Assembly (NCBI GenBank): GCA_048772705.1
Contig: JBLWGC010000230.1
Span: 992,001-1,056,000, forward strand
Origin: Leidyana gryllorum EB-2025a
Taxonomy: Eukaryota; Protista; Apicomplexa
Direction of reading: 5' to 3'
DNA length: 64,000 nucleotides
Both the position numbers and the translations under genes were made by a program. The notes under the pieces were generated by a model. It saw only the letters and a program-made list of their open reading frames with translations. It did not search any database and was not told the origin of the DNA. Numbering within the stretch: the stretch's first letter is position 1; each line of letters begins with the position of its first letter. This document shows positions 1 through 11,813 of this stretch, piece by piece.

Positions 1-764
1 GCGCCAAGAGCAAAGCCGCCGCCGGCAAGTTGAAAGCCGGCGAAGAGGTCGAGGTCGATGAGTCCAGCTCATCGGTCGCGAAGCCCAAAAGTAGAGCTGG
101 CGCAAAGGCGAAGGGGAAAGCGAAGGCGAAAGCGAAGGGGAAAGCGAAGGCGAAAGCGACAGCCAAAAGCAGAGTGAAAGGGGCAGCCACCGCCAAGTCG
201 CCTGACGATGATGGAGAAAATCCGGGGTCAGGCAAAGTCATCGAGACGATCAGTGAAGAGGCTGCCGATATAGTGGTCACTGAGTTGGAGGAATTGATGA
301 GACGGTTTCGGGAGAAAGAAGCCTCTGGTTCGGCGGAACAGTTGGCACATGATGCGAGTCCGAGGCCCTTGGAGGACTTGGATTTTGACTATATTGAAGA
401 CCCGAATGAGCCGATTCTGGAAGAAGAGGCACCGGACCTGCTGGGGCAAGTTGTGGGTGGTATATCATTGGGTCCACGTACACAACTGGAATTGGGGGCT
501 CAGTTGAAACGAAAAGACGACGAGGACACATTCGAGCCGCAAATCTGGTGGAACGCCTCGAATGCTATTAATGTGGGAGCAGTCGATCTTCTACAGAAAA
601 TGCCCAATGTTGGCTCGCTGGCATTGGATCGGACAGTGAGAAGATACAGAAGCCTCCGAGACATTCTCTTGGCTTCCGAAGAGGATTTGGGGACAAAAAT
701 AGGCAGGTATGTTGGCAGTTGTATAGCGGGACTCTTGGCTGACCGCACTCTTCTGTCGCAGTGA
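1..764 (+). CDS. ERCC4: C-terminal part of a probable XPF/RAD1 (ERCC4) repair endonuclease; 5' end outside the window
   Basis: C-terminal AVDLLQKMPNVG...YRSLRDILLASEEDLGTKIG resembles the tandem HhH domain of XPF/Rad1. It is preceded by Lys/Ala-rich and acidic low-complexity sequence. The nuclease domain is not visible. Confidence 0.6.
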   Translation, partial: AKSKAAAGKLKAGEEVEVDESSSSVAKPKSRAGAKAKGKAKAKAKGKAKAKATAKSRVKGAATAKSPDDDGENPGSGKVIETISEEAADIVVTELEELMRRFREKEASGSAEQLAHDASPRPLEDLDFDYIEDPNEPILEEEAPDLLGQVVGGISLGPRTQLELGAQLKRKDDEDTFEPQIWWNASNAINVGAVDLLQKMPNVGSLALDRTVRRYRSLRDILLASEEDLGTKIGRYVGSCIAGLLADRTLLSQ

Positions 765-1012
765 AGAAGCGCGTGGTATATTTTCAGCACTCGACAGATG
801 CCATCAGTGGTCATACGATACATTGGACTCCAACAACAGCGTAAGCTGCTGGATGCAAGCAGATGTCGTCAGGATCCGAACTCTTTGTGCAGGGAGCACG
901 CGTTCTGAAATCGTGATCCATCGGCGGCAGAGGGAACGGACGGATGAGGAGACGGTGGGGAAGACATGAAATAATAAAGGCGGTTTCCTGATGGAAGTAT
1001 TGCACTCCACAC

Positions 1013-1780
1013 TTATATCACATTGTGTCCATTTGCCAGTGGCAACAGCTTCGCAACCTGAAACCAAAGTCTCACCCAAACGCGGCCTCCCACTCACCAT
1101 ATTCGATATGCGATTCAGCGACTTGGCGCCATCGGCCTCCTCAACACAGCAGCAGCCTGCACCTACGTACGGGAACTTCACCCGTACCCCCAGTACGACT
1201 AAATCCTGTGAGTCGTCAGGTGAATACCAACGGGTATCATTAGGCAACCTGAATCAGCCAGCAACCAGTCGTCAGCTAACCACAAGCTTCCCGAATACCA
1301 ACTCACTGGCGGTGGAACAAATTGAATAACTCTTGAGCCGTCCGCGAGACACAAGCACCGTGAACCTTCTTCTCCCGTTCAAAGCTCTCAGCAGCCTCCG
1401 CCTCCCGATTCACAGCAGCCTGCTTTGATGGAGGACACAGAGGTAAATTTGGAAGCTCCGCCTTTGCGGAACCAGGCTCTGCGGCCCCCATTTGATCTAT
1501 CAAATCCGCTCCGACAAAGTAGTAATTAGACTTGCCCGGAACCGTTCCATTTTCCCCTGCAAAGTAAACCCAATCATAATGCTGCAATTCTAACCAGCTT
1601 ACGTAAAATGGCCAGGCCCGTGGGGCCATTTACTGCTTCCTTTGCCTCGTATGTACAAAGCGTACCGGTCAGCGAAGTGCCAGAAGTCAAATGGGCCGTA
1701 ACGCGTCCTGCATTCTCAATCAAATATCGGTAACCAAAGGGAAACCTACCACCAATGGGAGGAGGGGCGTTGGTCGCCAT
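1013..1780 (-). CDS. LSM12: LSM12-like protein (Lsm fold plus anticodon-binding AD domain), multi-exon
   Basis: N-terminal VTAHLTSGTSLTGTLCTYE is Lsm-like. VSRTAQELFNLF...RW...DLVVLGVRVKFPY matches the AD domain pattern. Short GT-AG introns join the ORF pieces. Confidence 0.7.
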
Positions 1781-1803
1781 TTCGAAACGCAGAAAAAGCT
1801 TTA

Positions 1804-2834
1804 TCAAAAAGGTTTAAGTTGACTATACCACATGATTGGTTCAGTTGTGTGAACCTCAACTTTCTCCCCTACAACCTCATTACTTGTCCCCACCAGCCCA
1901 TTCATGGCGGATGGCCAGTCGCACAGGTTCCATCTCAACCCGGTGGTTCTGACATTGCGAACCGGAACTGCTCAGGCGAAAATGTATCGTACAACAGGGC
2001 ACTTTAACAAAGTACTCACCAAAGGGAAGCAAACTGCACACGCGTGTGGCGCTCTCAGTCGGAGGTATAACAGTGGTCTTTCCCGAGGGAATTAAAACGC
2101 AGGCTGACTGGTCACCAATCAGTATAGTATGATAGTCAGCATTCGTGACAGGTGGTGATGAGTTCCTTGTTGGGAGGTACGGTTCGGGCGTGGTCTGGAG
2201 ATGTGGTGTGTGATGGTTCAGAATGACCTGATGGGGCATTACCGGATTCAGATCTCTCAGCCGCATCAAGGTGGCAAACGTAGCAATAGTTTGATCGAAT
2301 CGCCCTCCGAATACTCCATCGACAACTAGAATGTCGTTAGCTTTGATTACACCTTCACGTTCAATGTATAGAATGGCCTTTTCGAAGTCTGGATGACTAT
2401 CGTCGACGATTTTGACGACTTTAAAACCCAGATCGATCAGCTGGTCGACAGGCGGCGGGTGAGAGGAAGAGGAAGAGGAAGCAGGGTCCACATTCTCATT
2501 GGTAGTGGCCTAGGCTGCACGTATTACGGACGGAACGGTGCCTTACGAATAGAGAGTCGCAATCTCCAACAATATGGAGAGGTTTCTTCACCCCTGACTT
2601 TTGATAGAAGACGTCGGAACACGTTGGAATATCGAATTCGCGCAGACGGTCCAACAGCCGAATAGCTCCCCCGTCTGCGCAGGTGATAGAGTGCGCTGCT
2701 CGTAACAAACGCAAAAGGGTGGTGCTTGGCACCAGCTCCCAATTAAGCAACATCAAATGGATACGTGGCCCATTGTCTGGAGGTTTGCCAGATAACAGAA
2801 TGTTGTCGAGAATGGACAAATCCACTAGTGTCAT
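1804..2834 (-). CDS. TPK1: Thiamine pyrophosphokinase, multi-exon
   Basis: Motifs CADGGA, IVGDCDS, DFEKA, GVFGGRFDQ, CSLLP, TTGLRWNL and TSNEV. Confidence 0.92.
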
Positions 2835-2865
2835 CTGTGTTAGTTGAATAAAAATTCCTGAGGAA

Positions 2866-3417
2866 ATGCCTGAGGGAACAATCTTGACTCAGCGGACAAA
2901 GTTCATCGGAACGAACCCATTAGAGCTGTTGGCTGGCGAATTGACAACAGGAGAGCCTGCTGCTGGTGCAGGCTGGGCCGTCTTGGAAGAAGGTGATGTA
3001 CCGGGTACCGTAAATAAGAAGCGCACGCGGAAGACTATGCCCGCGCGCGCCTTCAATATAGCGCCCCCGCGTACGTCCCCTGTACCTCGTTTGAATTTCA
3101 ACGCACTAAATCCTCCGTCTGTGTCGCGGCAACGTGTTGTTGAGGAAGCAGAGGAGAATAGCACTGAGACTTATGACGAGAGTGTCGGTGCTGCTGCAGG
3201 GCCCCAGCGGCCAGCGCGTATGGTGGCGGCAACCACTTCTCTGCCTAGTGTTGTACCTCCTCCTTCATCGGTTGCGTCGCCTCAACGTGTTTTGACGGCA
3301 TTCTTTGCTGCGATCTCAAAAGTCTTCGTTTCAGCTGGAAGTATTCTGGTGGCTATTTGGCTAATAGATGCGCTTGAATGCCATCGTCGGATTGCACTGC
3401 AAAAATACCTGTGGTGA
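2866..3417 (+). CDS. Hypothetical protein with a C-terminal hydrophobic segment
   Basis: 183-aa ATG-initiated ORF filling the gap between TPK and the hydrolase. VFVSAGSILVAIWLI lies near the C-terminus. Confidence 0.55.
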   Translation: MPEGTILTQRTKFIGTNPLELLAGELTTGEPAAGAGWAVLEEGDVPGTVNKKRTRKTMPARAFNIAPPRTSPVPRLNFNALNPPSVSRQRVVEEAEENSTETYDESVGAAAGPQRPARMVAATTSLPSVVPPPSSVASPQRVLTAFFAAISKVFVSAGSILVAIWLIDALECHRRIALQKYLW

Positions 3418-3476
3418 TGCTCTTGATATCTACTTATCCACAATCTATTCGCTTGTCTGTATGCCTGTATACCCAT

Positions 3477-5737
3477 CTATCGGTCATCCCTCAATGTACG
3501 GAATAGCCAACCCATGAAACCTGGGTGATGTTGTAGAGTGCAATGTTGTGCATTTGGAGCTTTGGAGAACTGAGCAGCCTTCCATTTAGAGCAGTAAAGA
3601 ACGACCAACTCACTGTGATCAATGGGGCGTTAACGCGTGTCAATTTACATCGCTCTTTCTCGTTCACCGCTGCTTGAAACAGACTGTGCCCTTGCGCCAT
3701 TGTCACCACGGCGTCCTTTGTGCCATGTAATATGTGGATACGCAGCCCGCCTGAAATCTCCGGCTCTTCCTCACATCTCCTCACAATACTTCGTAACGCC
3801 TCCTCGTTATTCCAATTCACTTCAGGCTTAATTAACCACTTTATCAGCACTCGAGGCCCTGCCAACCATCGTGGTGTCCTCGCCGATAGATGAAGAAACT
3901 GCTCCGCCATACGAGTGGCCGAAATAAATGGAGCTAGTAAGATGCACGTGTCCAGACGCGCTGGCACGTGCGGAACCATCGCACTCGTCGAATGCTGGTT
4001 CAACGAATCGCGATTAACTGGCTTGAATTGGAGCAGTTCTGACAGCGATCGGTGAGTTATCGTCTCAGGAGCGGTCCAAATGTCGGTTCTCAACAGCGTC
4101 TGCAGAATCTCAATAGTGTGCAGCGCTACCGCACATCCTAAACTGTAACCAAGGAAACATAATCGAATTTCTAAACCAGAAGACTCCTCTGGGGGCGCTC
4201 GCTCCCAGATCTTCCTCACTGCCTCCAAAGTACTCTGCAAATACTGTCACGGATGCATTCAAGATCACTCACCTTCACAGTGTGCTCCAGAAGGGTTTCT
4301 TTCGATGGTTCACCTCCAGAATTCCCGTACCCGGGATATTCAACCATCAGGAATGACACATACTCCCTGTCTTCGCTTCCTGTCGACCCTTCTCCGTAAT
4401 AATCTGTGTGTGTCGCCAAGAGCGAACGCCGAGCACACGTTTTGCAGAAGGCTTTAATGCTAACGATACAGGCAATAAACGTTGACCTGGGCCTCAAAGA
4501 CAAATGACTTACGCTCTGCCATGGGGCATCTGGATGAAGCAGGAATCGCAGCCTTCGAAAAACCGGTTTCGGAGGTGGACATCCACGTCCCAAGCGTCAA
4601 TGGCGTACAGTTCATCGAGGAAGCACTGCCCAGAGGTTGGTGTATTCCGTCTCAAGTCCACTGCAACCCGAAGGAGTCGCCAAATGGTATCCAGACTGTC
4701 GAACGCGACACAGTCCTTGCCATTCAGAAGGATCCAAAGATTCACTCTTGTGGTCGCGGTACTGCGGCGGTGTGTGGCACTTCCTCGGGTCGTTCCAGCT
4801 GTACATGACGGCGACGAAACTTGAGTTGTAGGGCCACTTCCTATCTCGATATCTTCGACCGTCCGCCTGGATCAACAGATAGCATTATGTGATCAGTCGA
4901 CAAGAATATAAGCGTGGCTTACAGAAAGTTGGGGAACTGCTGGCCTGCGGGCGAAGTTGTTATCGCTCGTATTCGGTCGCGGTAGTACGGACAATCGATG
5001 GCGACAGGGGGCGATAAGTACGACACAGCCTTGGTATAGGCCAGAGGAATGTAGAGCCTCTCAAAAGGCCTACCCCCCAACGCGTAGCGCTCAAAGTGTG
5101 CCAGTGCAACGCCAAGGGGATACATGGATTCCACAGTGTGGCTTTGAGGTGAATAGCATAGGAGACGCTGCCAATCCAGCTTGGAGTCGACTAGTCCATC
5201 ACCACGATCAAGATTATTGAGTGATCTGAGGGGAGTTCTGAATTGTCCGGCTACTGAGCTTGTTCCGGGATAATGGTACCAAAAAGCCCATTCCTACTTG
5301 GTATTGAGTGGAGTGACATATGTTCACCTTACAAGATGTGAATAGGTTGAAGGGTCTTCCAAGTCTATCTCACCCTGCTCGTCCGCCGCCATACCTCTCA
5401 GAATTAGGTCATTGATCGCTTCGCGCCCTGCCTTGTGAGTGAGGGGCAAGCCGGTGACGTCAGGAGCGGTATGGTGGGGGATCCCCGAACCCACAGTAAC
5501 ATTGTCTTCCTCGCCGGAAGGTGTTTGAAGGGTCGGTGACTCCGTGAGGAGGGGTTGGCGAGTGCCAACTTCGTCGGCAATCAAGTCGCTTTCTAAACTG
5601 GCTTGGAAAGTGCAGGCCTCTGAGCTGGTGGAACTGGCACTCAGAGGACGAGGAGAGTCAGTCTGGAGAGGGAATAGCTTGAAATCGGGAAGAGACGGGG
5701 AAAGGAGAGGTTCGGAGGCGGAACGAGCCCGGGGCAT
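3477..5737 (-). CDS. Alpha/beta-hydrolase (ABHD13/17-like), multi-exon; 5' extent uncertain
   Basis: MPHGRA, VEYPGYGNSGGEPS, nucleophile elbow GYSLG, ILLAPF, ILHGTKDAVV and a candidate catalytic His in the last exon. The upstream exons (about 4900-5737) could be a separate gene. Confidence 0.75.
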
Positions 5738-5855
5738 GGTGGCTACTTTGGAGAGGCGGGTGCAAGAGGGTGCACCGCTCGGGACCGCGCCATAACGGTC
5801 GGCTGTATGGCGGAAAACCAAGACAGACGCCGGGACGGAGTGGGGCATTTGCCTG

Positions 5856-8800
5856 ATGCCCGCGAAGAATCTTAAATTCCAAGAGTTTGCGTGTCTGGTA
5901 GATGTCTCCTTCTGGCAATGGGTGATCAACCGGAAGCTCAATGTCTGGAAGCTACATTGTCCCCCTTTGCGTCTCAAGGCGGGAGTTGAACCGAGTCCAA
6001 CCCCAACAGCCAAGCCGATATTGCGTCTCGATGCCCACAGTCCTCAGCCGCTGCATTCGACATCGCCATCTTCCCGACGGTCAACGTCAGTGGCTGCTGC
6101 GAGCGCACAGTCGAGGGAAACGGCCAACTTGGCACAGCTGGCGGGCGACGCAGGAGGACGGAGACGTTTCTTCCAAGTTGAGGGAATGTTCTATCACGTG
6201 AACACTCCTGAAGAATTCTTATGTTTTCCGTTCACCGAGTTGGTCGCTCAAACAATTTCCAAGACACTCCACTTTTGCGAGAATGCGAGTGGAGAGGTTG
6301 TGGAGACAGTGGCGAGAGGGACTTTGGCTGAATCTTCACCACCCTCAGACGAATCCCCCTTGCCACCCACTCTGACCTCCGCACCATCCGCCGCTACTGG
6401 GTCTGATGACGAAGATACATTCGACTGGGAGCATATCTGCAGCTCTATACTCAATGGCTTCCTGCTGGTGGCCTATATGGATCTAAAACGGTACAGCATG
6501 ACGTATGTGGTATCGTGTCCGACTCTCGGATTCCGATCGACCTGTTGTGAGGTGGCCTTGGCCAATCCCGCCCCGGCGAGCCCCCTCCCCATAACTCCCG
6601 AGCCCGTGCGGGAAGAGCCAGCGACATCTGCTGACTTTCCAAAGCTCCCTGGCAGCGAGCCCGCAATGTCAATGAGCGCTCCGGGGGGCGAGTCGACCTT
6701 GGCTCAGAGTAGTGAGGGGCCGCCAGTGGCTCCTCGGCACGACAAGTACGTTTGTCTTGACCCTCCGAGCGCAGCCGACAAGTCATTCTCGCTTGGCGAG
6801 TTGGTCCATATAGGCCGGCATTTGGTGGATGCGTGTTGTTGTCACAACTCGGCAGACAACCGTAGATCAACGGCTCATGTGTGCCTTGTCATACGCCTTA
6901 AGACAACTGGTGGTCTCGGTTTCCTGAGTCTCTCAAAGATCACTCAAGCTTTCAGTCTGTTCCTCCGCGCTGACCAAGGCACCCAAGCCTATATTGCTTT
7001 GTTAGATTATGCAAAGTCTGGTAGTAGTGTTTCGTGGCCGACTCGCAATCTCCTCTTCACGCTTTGTTCAATCGCTCAGCTCTTCTCCACCGAGCTACAG
7101 GTACGTCACTTCCACCCATCCCGAACTCTTTGGAGTCTCCAATTTTCAATCACAGATATTGGCCTTCCGTGACTTCCAATACCTCTTGTCGGGCGAAGGC
7201 GTGTCTCATGTCTCGGGCGTCAGCAGGTCGCGAACCTTCAGAGTCCGTACGCCCCCCGCCGAGGCTTTCCGCGAACGACTACTGCTCGCCGGCTGGCTGC
7301 TCCACAAAAGCAGCGCCTCGACTTTTGCGGGCCGCTCTTCCGTGGAGCTCGCTCACCTGCCCATCCCGCCGACGGCATTGTTCACTCTCAACCTGCAGTC
7401 CTTCCTCGACAACCGCGTGGTACAACAAGATGCCACTGAGCTGAACGTCAAACTCATAAAGTGGCGGATTCTACCGACCTTCAAACCCGACCTCTTACAC
7501 AAATTGCGATTCCTAATCATTGGGATGGGCACCCTGGGATGTCATGTGGCTCGAGATCTCGTTGGATGGGGCGTGACAAAGATGACATTACTCGACAGTG
7601 GAGTGGTGGCCCCCTCCAACCCGGCGCGTCAAAGTTTGTTCTTGGCTCGGGATGTGGAGACACCGGAAACCACACACCTCCCGATGAAGAAGAAGAAGGC
7701 GGCAATTGCAAAGAAACGTCTACTCGAGATACGTGGGGACCTTCAGATTGAGTCTGTTGATCTCGAAATCCCGATGCCATCTCAAGAACGCTTTCTAATG
7801 TCAGTCGCGGACTACCTCGGACCGGACCACGGCTGTGGGTCGACCAAAGATGAAACCTCCGAGCCGCTACCCACTACGGAATCCTATACCACCTGGATGC
7901 ATGACAAGCTGAAAAGCCTCATTTCCTCACACGACGTCGTCCTTCTGTTGACTGACAGTCGGGAGTCGAGATGGCTGCCGGCGCTAATTGTTCAGCACCT
8001 CTCATACACGGCTTGGAAGAAGTCCGCAAATAGCGAGGGCAAGAAACCCACAGTCATGGATAGGTTGAAGAGCCCCTTCAACCCTCCCCTGTGTATGACA
8101 GTGGCTCTGGGGTTCGACACATTCGTTGTCATTCGCCATGGGACCTTTGTAGACAGCATTATCCCCTCTCAGGTGGCTGAGAAATTGGGACACAGTCTGC
8201 TACCAAAGACTACCACGGGAGGGTCGTTCTTCAAGCCAGCCGACATCTTTCGGTCCAGACTGAGCTGTTATTTCTGCAACGATCTGACGGCACCATCATC
8301 TTTGGGTAGTCAAAATCGGACATTGGACCAACAGTGTACGGTTACACGCGCAGGTGTGGCAGGGTTTGCGGCCTCAGTGGCAGTTGAGATTCTGGCCAGT
8401 TTGTCCCAAGCTCCGTTCGGGTTCGGAGTCATTCCCAGTGATCGAAAGACAGAGTTACTGAAACGTCTGAACTGCAATAAAGCTCAGTGGGATGAGGAAA
8501 GTGTTGCTGCCGTACGTCAGAGTTTGCTGGACGAACACCACGTCAGCTGTTTGGGAGACAGCCCACACGTCACCAGGGGCTCAGTGGCCGGGTTCAGTTT
8601 GGTGTCCGACTGGCATCCCAGCTTCGACACCTGTGTATGCTGTGGCGTGGCAGTGCAGGAAGCGTACGATATATCGGGATCGCGCTTCGTCGAGGAGGTC
8701 ATTCGGGACAGCTCGATACTCGAACAGGTGTCGGGCCTCAACAGACTGCGAAATGATAACATCACACCAGTGCTGGCCAAATCGGCCGATGAAGATCTGT

Positions 8801-9096
8801 GGTTAGTGGCAGCTGAGAGCGAAGAGGAAGAGGGGAACGGGGATGACCTGCGTGAAAGCGAAACCGTTGTGGTCAATCCCCCATACAGTCGTCCACCCAA
8901 CACCAACAACTACACTAACAACAATGACCAACACCAACAACAAGAAACTGATGACCCTCCCAATGACGATGATGATGACCCTGAGACCTACACACCCGCT
9001 GACACTCTCAGACAGCACAAAAGAAAAACACCGCCCGCCAGCAGCGGAAGTCTGCTAGTGAGCGAAGGCGGCGGCGATCAACGGTTGCCACTCTGA
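5856..9096 (+). CDS. ATG7: Ubiquitin-like modifier-activating enzyme ATG7; intron 7101-7155
   Basis: N-terminal VDVSFW...KLNVWKL, LNVKLIKWRILP, GMGTLGC, SNPARQSLF, LLTDSRESRW, LSCYFCND and catalytic RTLDQQCTVTR. The 55-nt GT-AG intron keeps the frame. Confidence 0.96.
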
Positions 9097-9174
9097 CCGA
9101 GGAGACTAGAAACTTATCAGTCGGTTTGTTTGTGTGCAAAATTCCCTTATAGAGAGAACCATTTAGCTATTGAT

Positions 9175-10913
9175 CTAGTTGGGGGAACCAGTGAAATAGA
9201 TGTTGAGGAAACGTTGAGTGGATAGGGGAAGTTTGGACTTGTTGGACTCAATGTCGTCGCCCTTCCACTTGTTGGCCATGATGGTGCGGATGTCCTTAGC
9301 CAACACCTTGCCCAACTCGACACCCCACTGGTCGAAGGAGTTAACACCCCACAGGAAACCTTCGACAGCAGTCCGGTGCTCATAGATAGCGAGCAATTGC
9401 CCAACTCTGTAGGGAGTCAGCTCATCATTGAACAGCAAACAAGACGAGGGACGGTTGCCTGGGAATGTCTTGTGGGGGATCAGTTCCTCCGGGCAGCCCT
9501 CGGCCTTCAGCTGCTCAACGGTCTTGCCTAAAGCAAGCGCGTCAGGCTGTGCGAAGAAGTTGGACATCAGCTCGTCGTGGTTAGAGACAGGCTCGCCCTT
9601 CAGGTCAACGGCGGTCTGGGACTTGGTGCAAGCAATGAATTCGCAAGGCACCACACGACCTTGGTGAATTAATTGGTAGAAACTGTGCTGACCATTGGTA
9701 CCCGGTTCGCCAAAGTAAACCTCGCCAGACATTGAACTGCACGGCAGCGATGTACCGTCAATGGCAACGCGCTTGCCGTTCGATTCCATCGTGAGTTGCT
9801 GAATGTGTGCCGGGAAACGTAGCAAAGATTGGCAGTACGGGAGGACTGCCACGCCATTGTGACCCAAGAAAGTGGCATTCCACACCGACAACAAAGCCAT
9901 CATGACCGGAATGTTCTTGCAGTGCATTGGCTCGGTCTGGAAATGGTGGTCGATGGCACGAGCACCATCCAAGAATTGACGAACAATGTCGAAACCGAAT
10001 TGAAGGGCCAAGGGCAACACACCGACAGCAGAGCACACAGAGAAGCGGCCACCGACCCAATCCCAGAAACCGAATACATTCTCAGACGAGATACCAAAAG
10101 CTTCAGTAGCTGACAGGTTGGTGGACACCGCACACACGTGTTTGGCTGCGAATAGACAAATGTTACGTTGCAGTACGATAGTACATTATTCTTACCGATC
10201 GCTGAGGCGTCGTTCTTGTAGTGCTCCAAGAGGGCATTCTTGACTGTGCGGGCGTTCAACATGGTTTCGGCCGTAGTGAAAGTCTTGGAAATAACAACAA
10301 CGAGCGTCTCTTCCAAGTCCAAGCCTTGGAGAGCACGAGTCACATCGACCGGGTCAACGTTGGCCAGGAATCGGAGAGTTCTGTCCTTGGAGGAATCGGT
10401 AGCGGGTTTGTAGGTGCGGATAGCCTCGTAGACAAATTCGACACCCAAGTAGCTGCCACCGATACCAATGCAGACAACATTCTTGAGAGTCTTTCCGGTA
10501 TGACCCTTGAAGGCGCCGCTGCGAACATCGTCGGAGAACTTCTTGATGCGTTGGAGGACATCCTGAACATCTTTGACAACATCTTTACCATCAATAGCAA
10601 ATTTGTCGCCTGGCTGAGACCGTAAAGCAGGATGGAGAACCGCGCGCTTCTCGGTGGAGTTGATTTTCTCTCCATCGAAGAGAGCCTTGATTTTCTTGGG
10701 GATTTCGAGGGTCTCGTACTGGGCGGTCAGACATTTCCAGGCATCGCGGTCTATCACTTGGCGAGTGCCATCAAAGTAGATGTTGTCGTGGGTAGTGTTG
10801 AGGAGGCGAGTGCGACCCTCATCAGCCAAGAGTTCCTTGAGTTGATGTTGTTTGCAGCGCTCAGCATGCTCTTTCAGCTGCTTGAACTCGTCAGTTTCCC
10901 AGAAGTGCACCAT
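9175..10913 (-). CDS. GPI: Glucose-6-phosphate isomerase; intron 10146-10195
   Basis: [49 protein letters not shown] and [10 protein letters not shown]. Confidence 0.98.
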
Positions 10914-10966
10914 GTTGAAGGCAAGAATCGAAAACTCACTGGTGTTTTTGGAAACTTGTGGCCAAA

Positions 10967-11747
10967 ATGTCTGAGTCTGTCTCCCTCAAGCCCACCTTTC
11001 AGTGTCGTCTCCGGGGTTTGGGAGAGTGTCCGATACCATTGGATCAGCCCTGGACCCTCCAGGACTTCCAAATAGGTATCGTGTGGCTCGAGGAGGAGAA
11101 GATCAGGCTATTGGCGATCAAGAATCGCGACTGGCTCGCCAAAACGGACAATTTAGTACAATGGACTAAGGATCTGGCTGCGGTGAGCGATCGGCCGCAC
11201 GCTGCGCACTCATCAAAGGTTCCCGCAGTACTGTCAGAAACTTGATATCCCGACCCGCTTCAAGGCTCCGGCAATCGATTTTGCTGAAATTCAATTGGTC
11301 TTCGGTCGTCTGCTTGCCCGAGCCCTCGAGGAAGTCTACCTGGACGAGAAGAAAGGTGAGAATGCCGCTCGAAGCGCTCTGGCTGACTTTGGCATTGCAG
11401 TGATAGCATCGGATACTAAGATGGCGGACGACAAGCAGCACGCAAATGTGGAAACCGACAAAGTTGCTCCTCCCGAGTTGTGCAAGTTTGTGCAGGATAT
11501 CATTGGGTGCAACGTCTTACCCCCGCCGACTGTTGAGGAGGCATTGGATGTTTTGGAGTCCCGATTGGTGCCCAACAGTAACACAGGAGGCGACGTTACG
11601 CGATATAACGAGGAAAAAGTCATTCGATTGGTGGCCACTCAAAAGCTGGCTGGTTTGCAGTACCAAATGGACAAGCTGATTAGCAATCTCCAACTGGTCA
11701 CGGCGGACCCCAAGACTGACCACAAGCTCGGCCGTGTTGGGATGTAA
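10967..11747 (+). CDS. RTRAF: RTRAF/CGI-99/C14orf166-like protein (RTCB tRNA-ligase complex subunit family); intron about 11183-11229
   Basis: N-terminal IVWLEEEKIRL and C-terminal LQLVTADPKTDHKLGRVG are characteristic of the CGI-99 family. Confidence 0.8.
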
Positions 11748-11813
11748 AATTGGAAGCACACACGCGTTCTATCTGCCGGAAGCACAAACACAGAGTGGAG
11801 GAGCACACAGTTT

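Noticed and set aside
9428-11075. Long antisense ORFs over GPI (also over GH20, RPL8 and RRP5)
   Set aside because: These are shadow ORFs expected from codon bias in GC-rich coding sequence.
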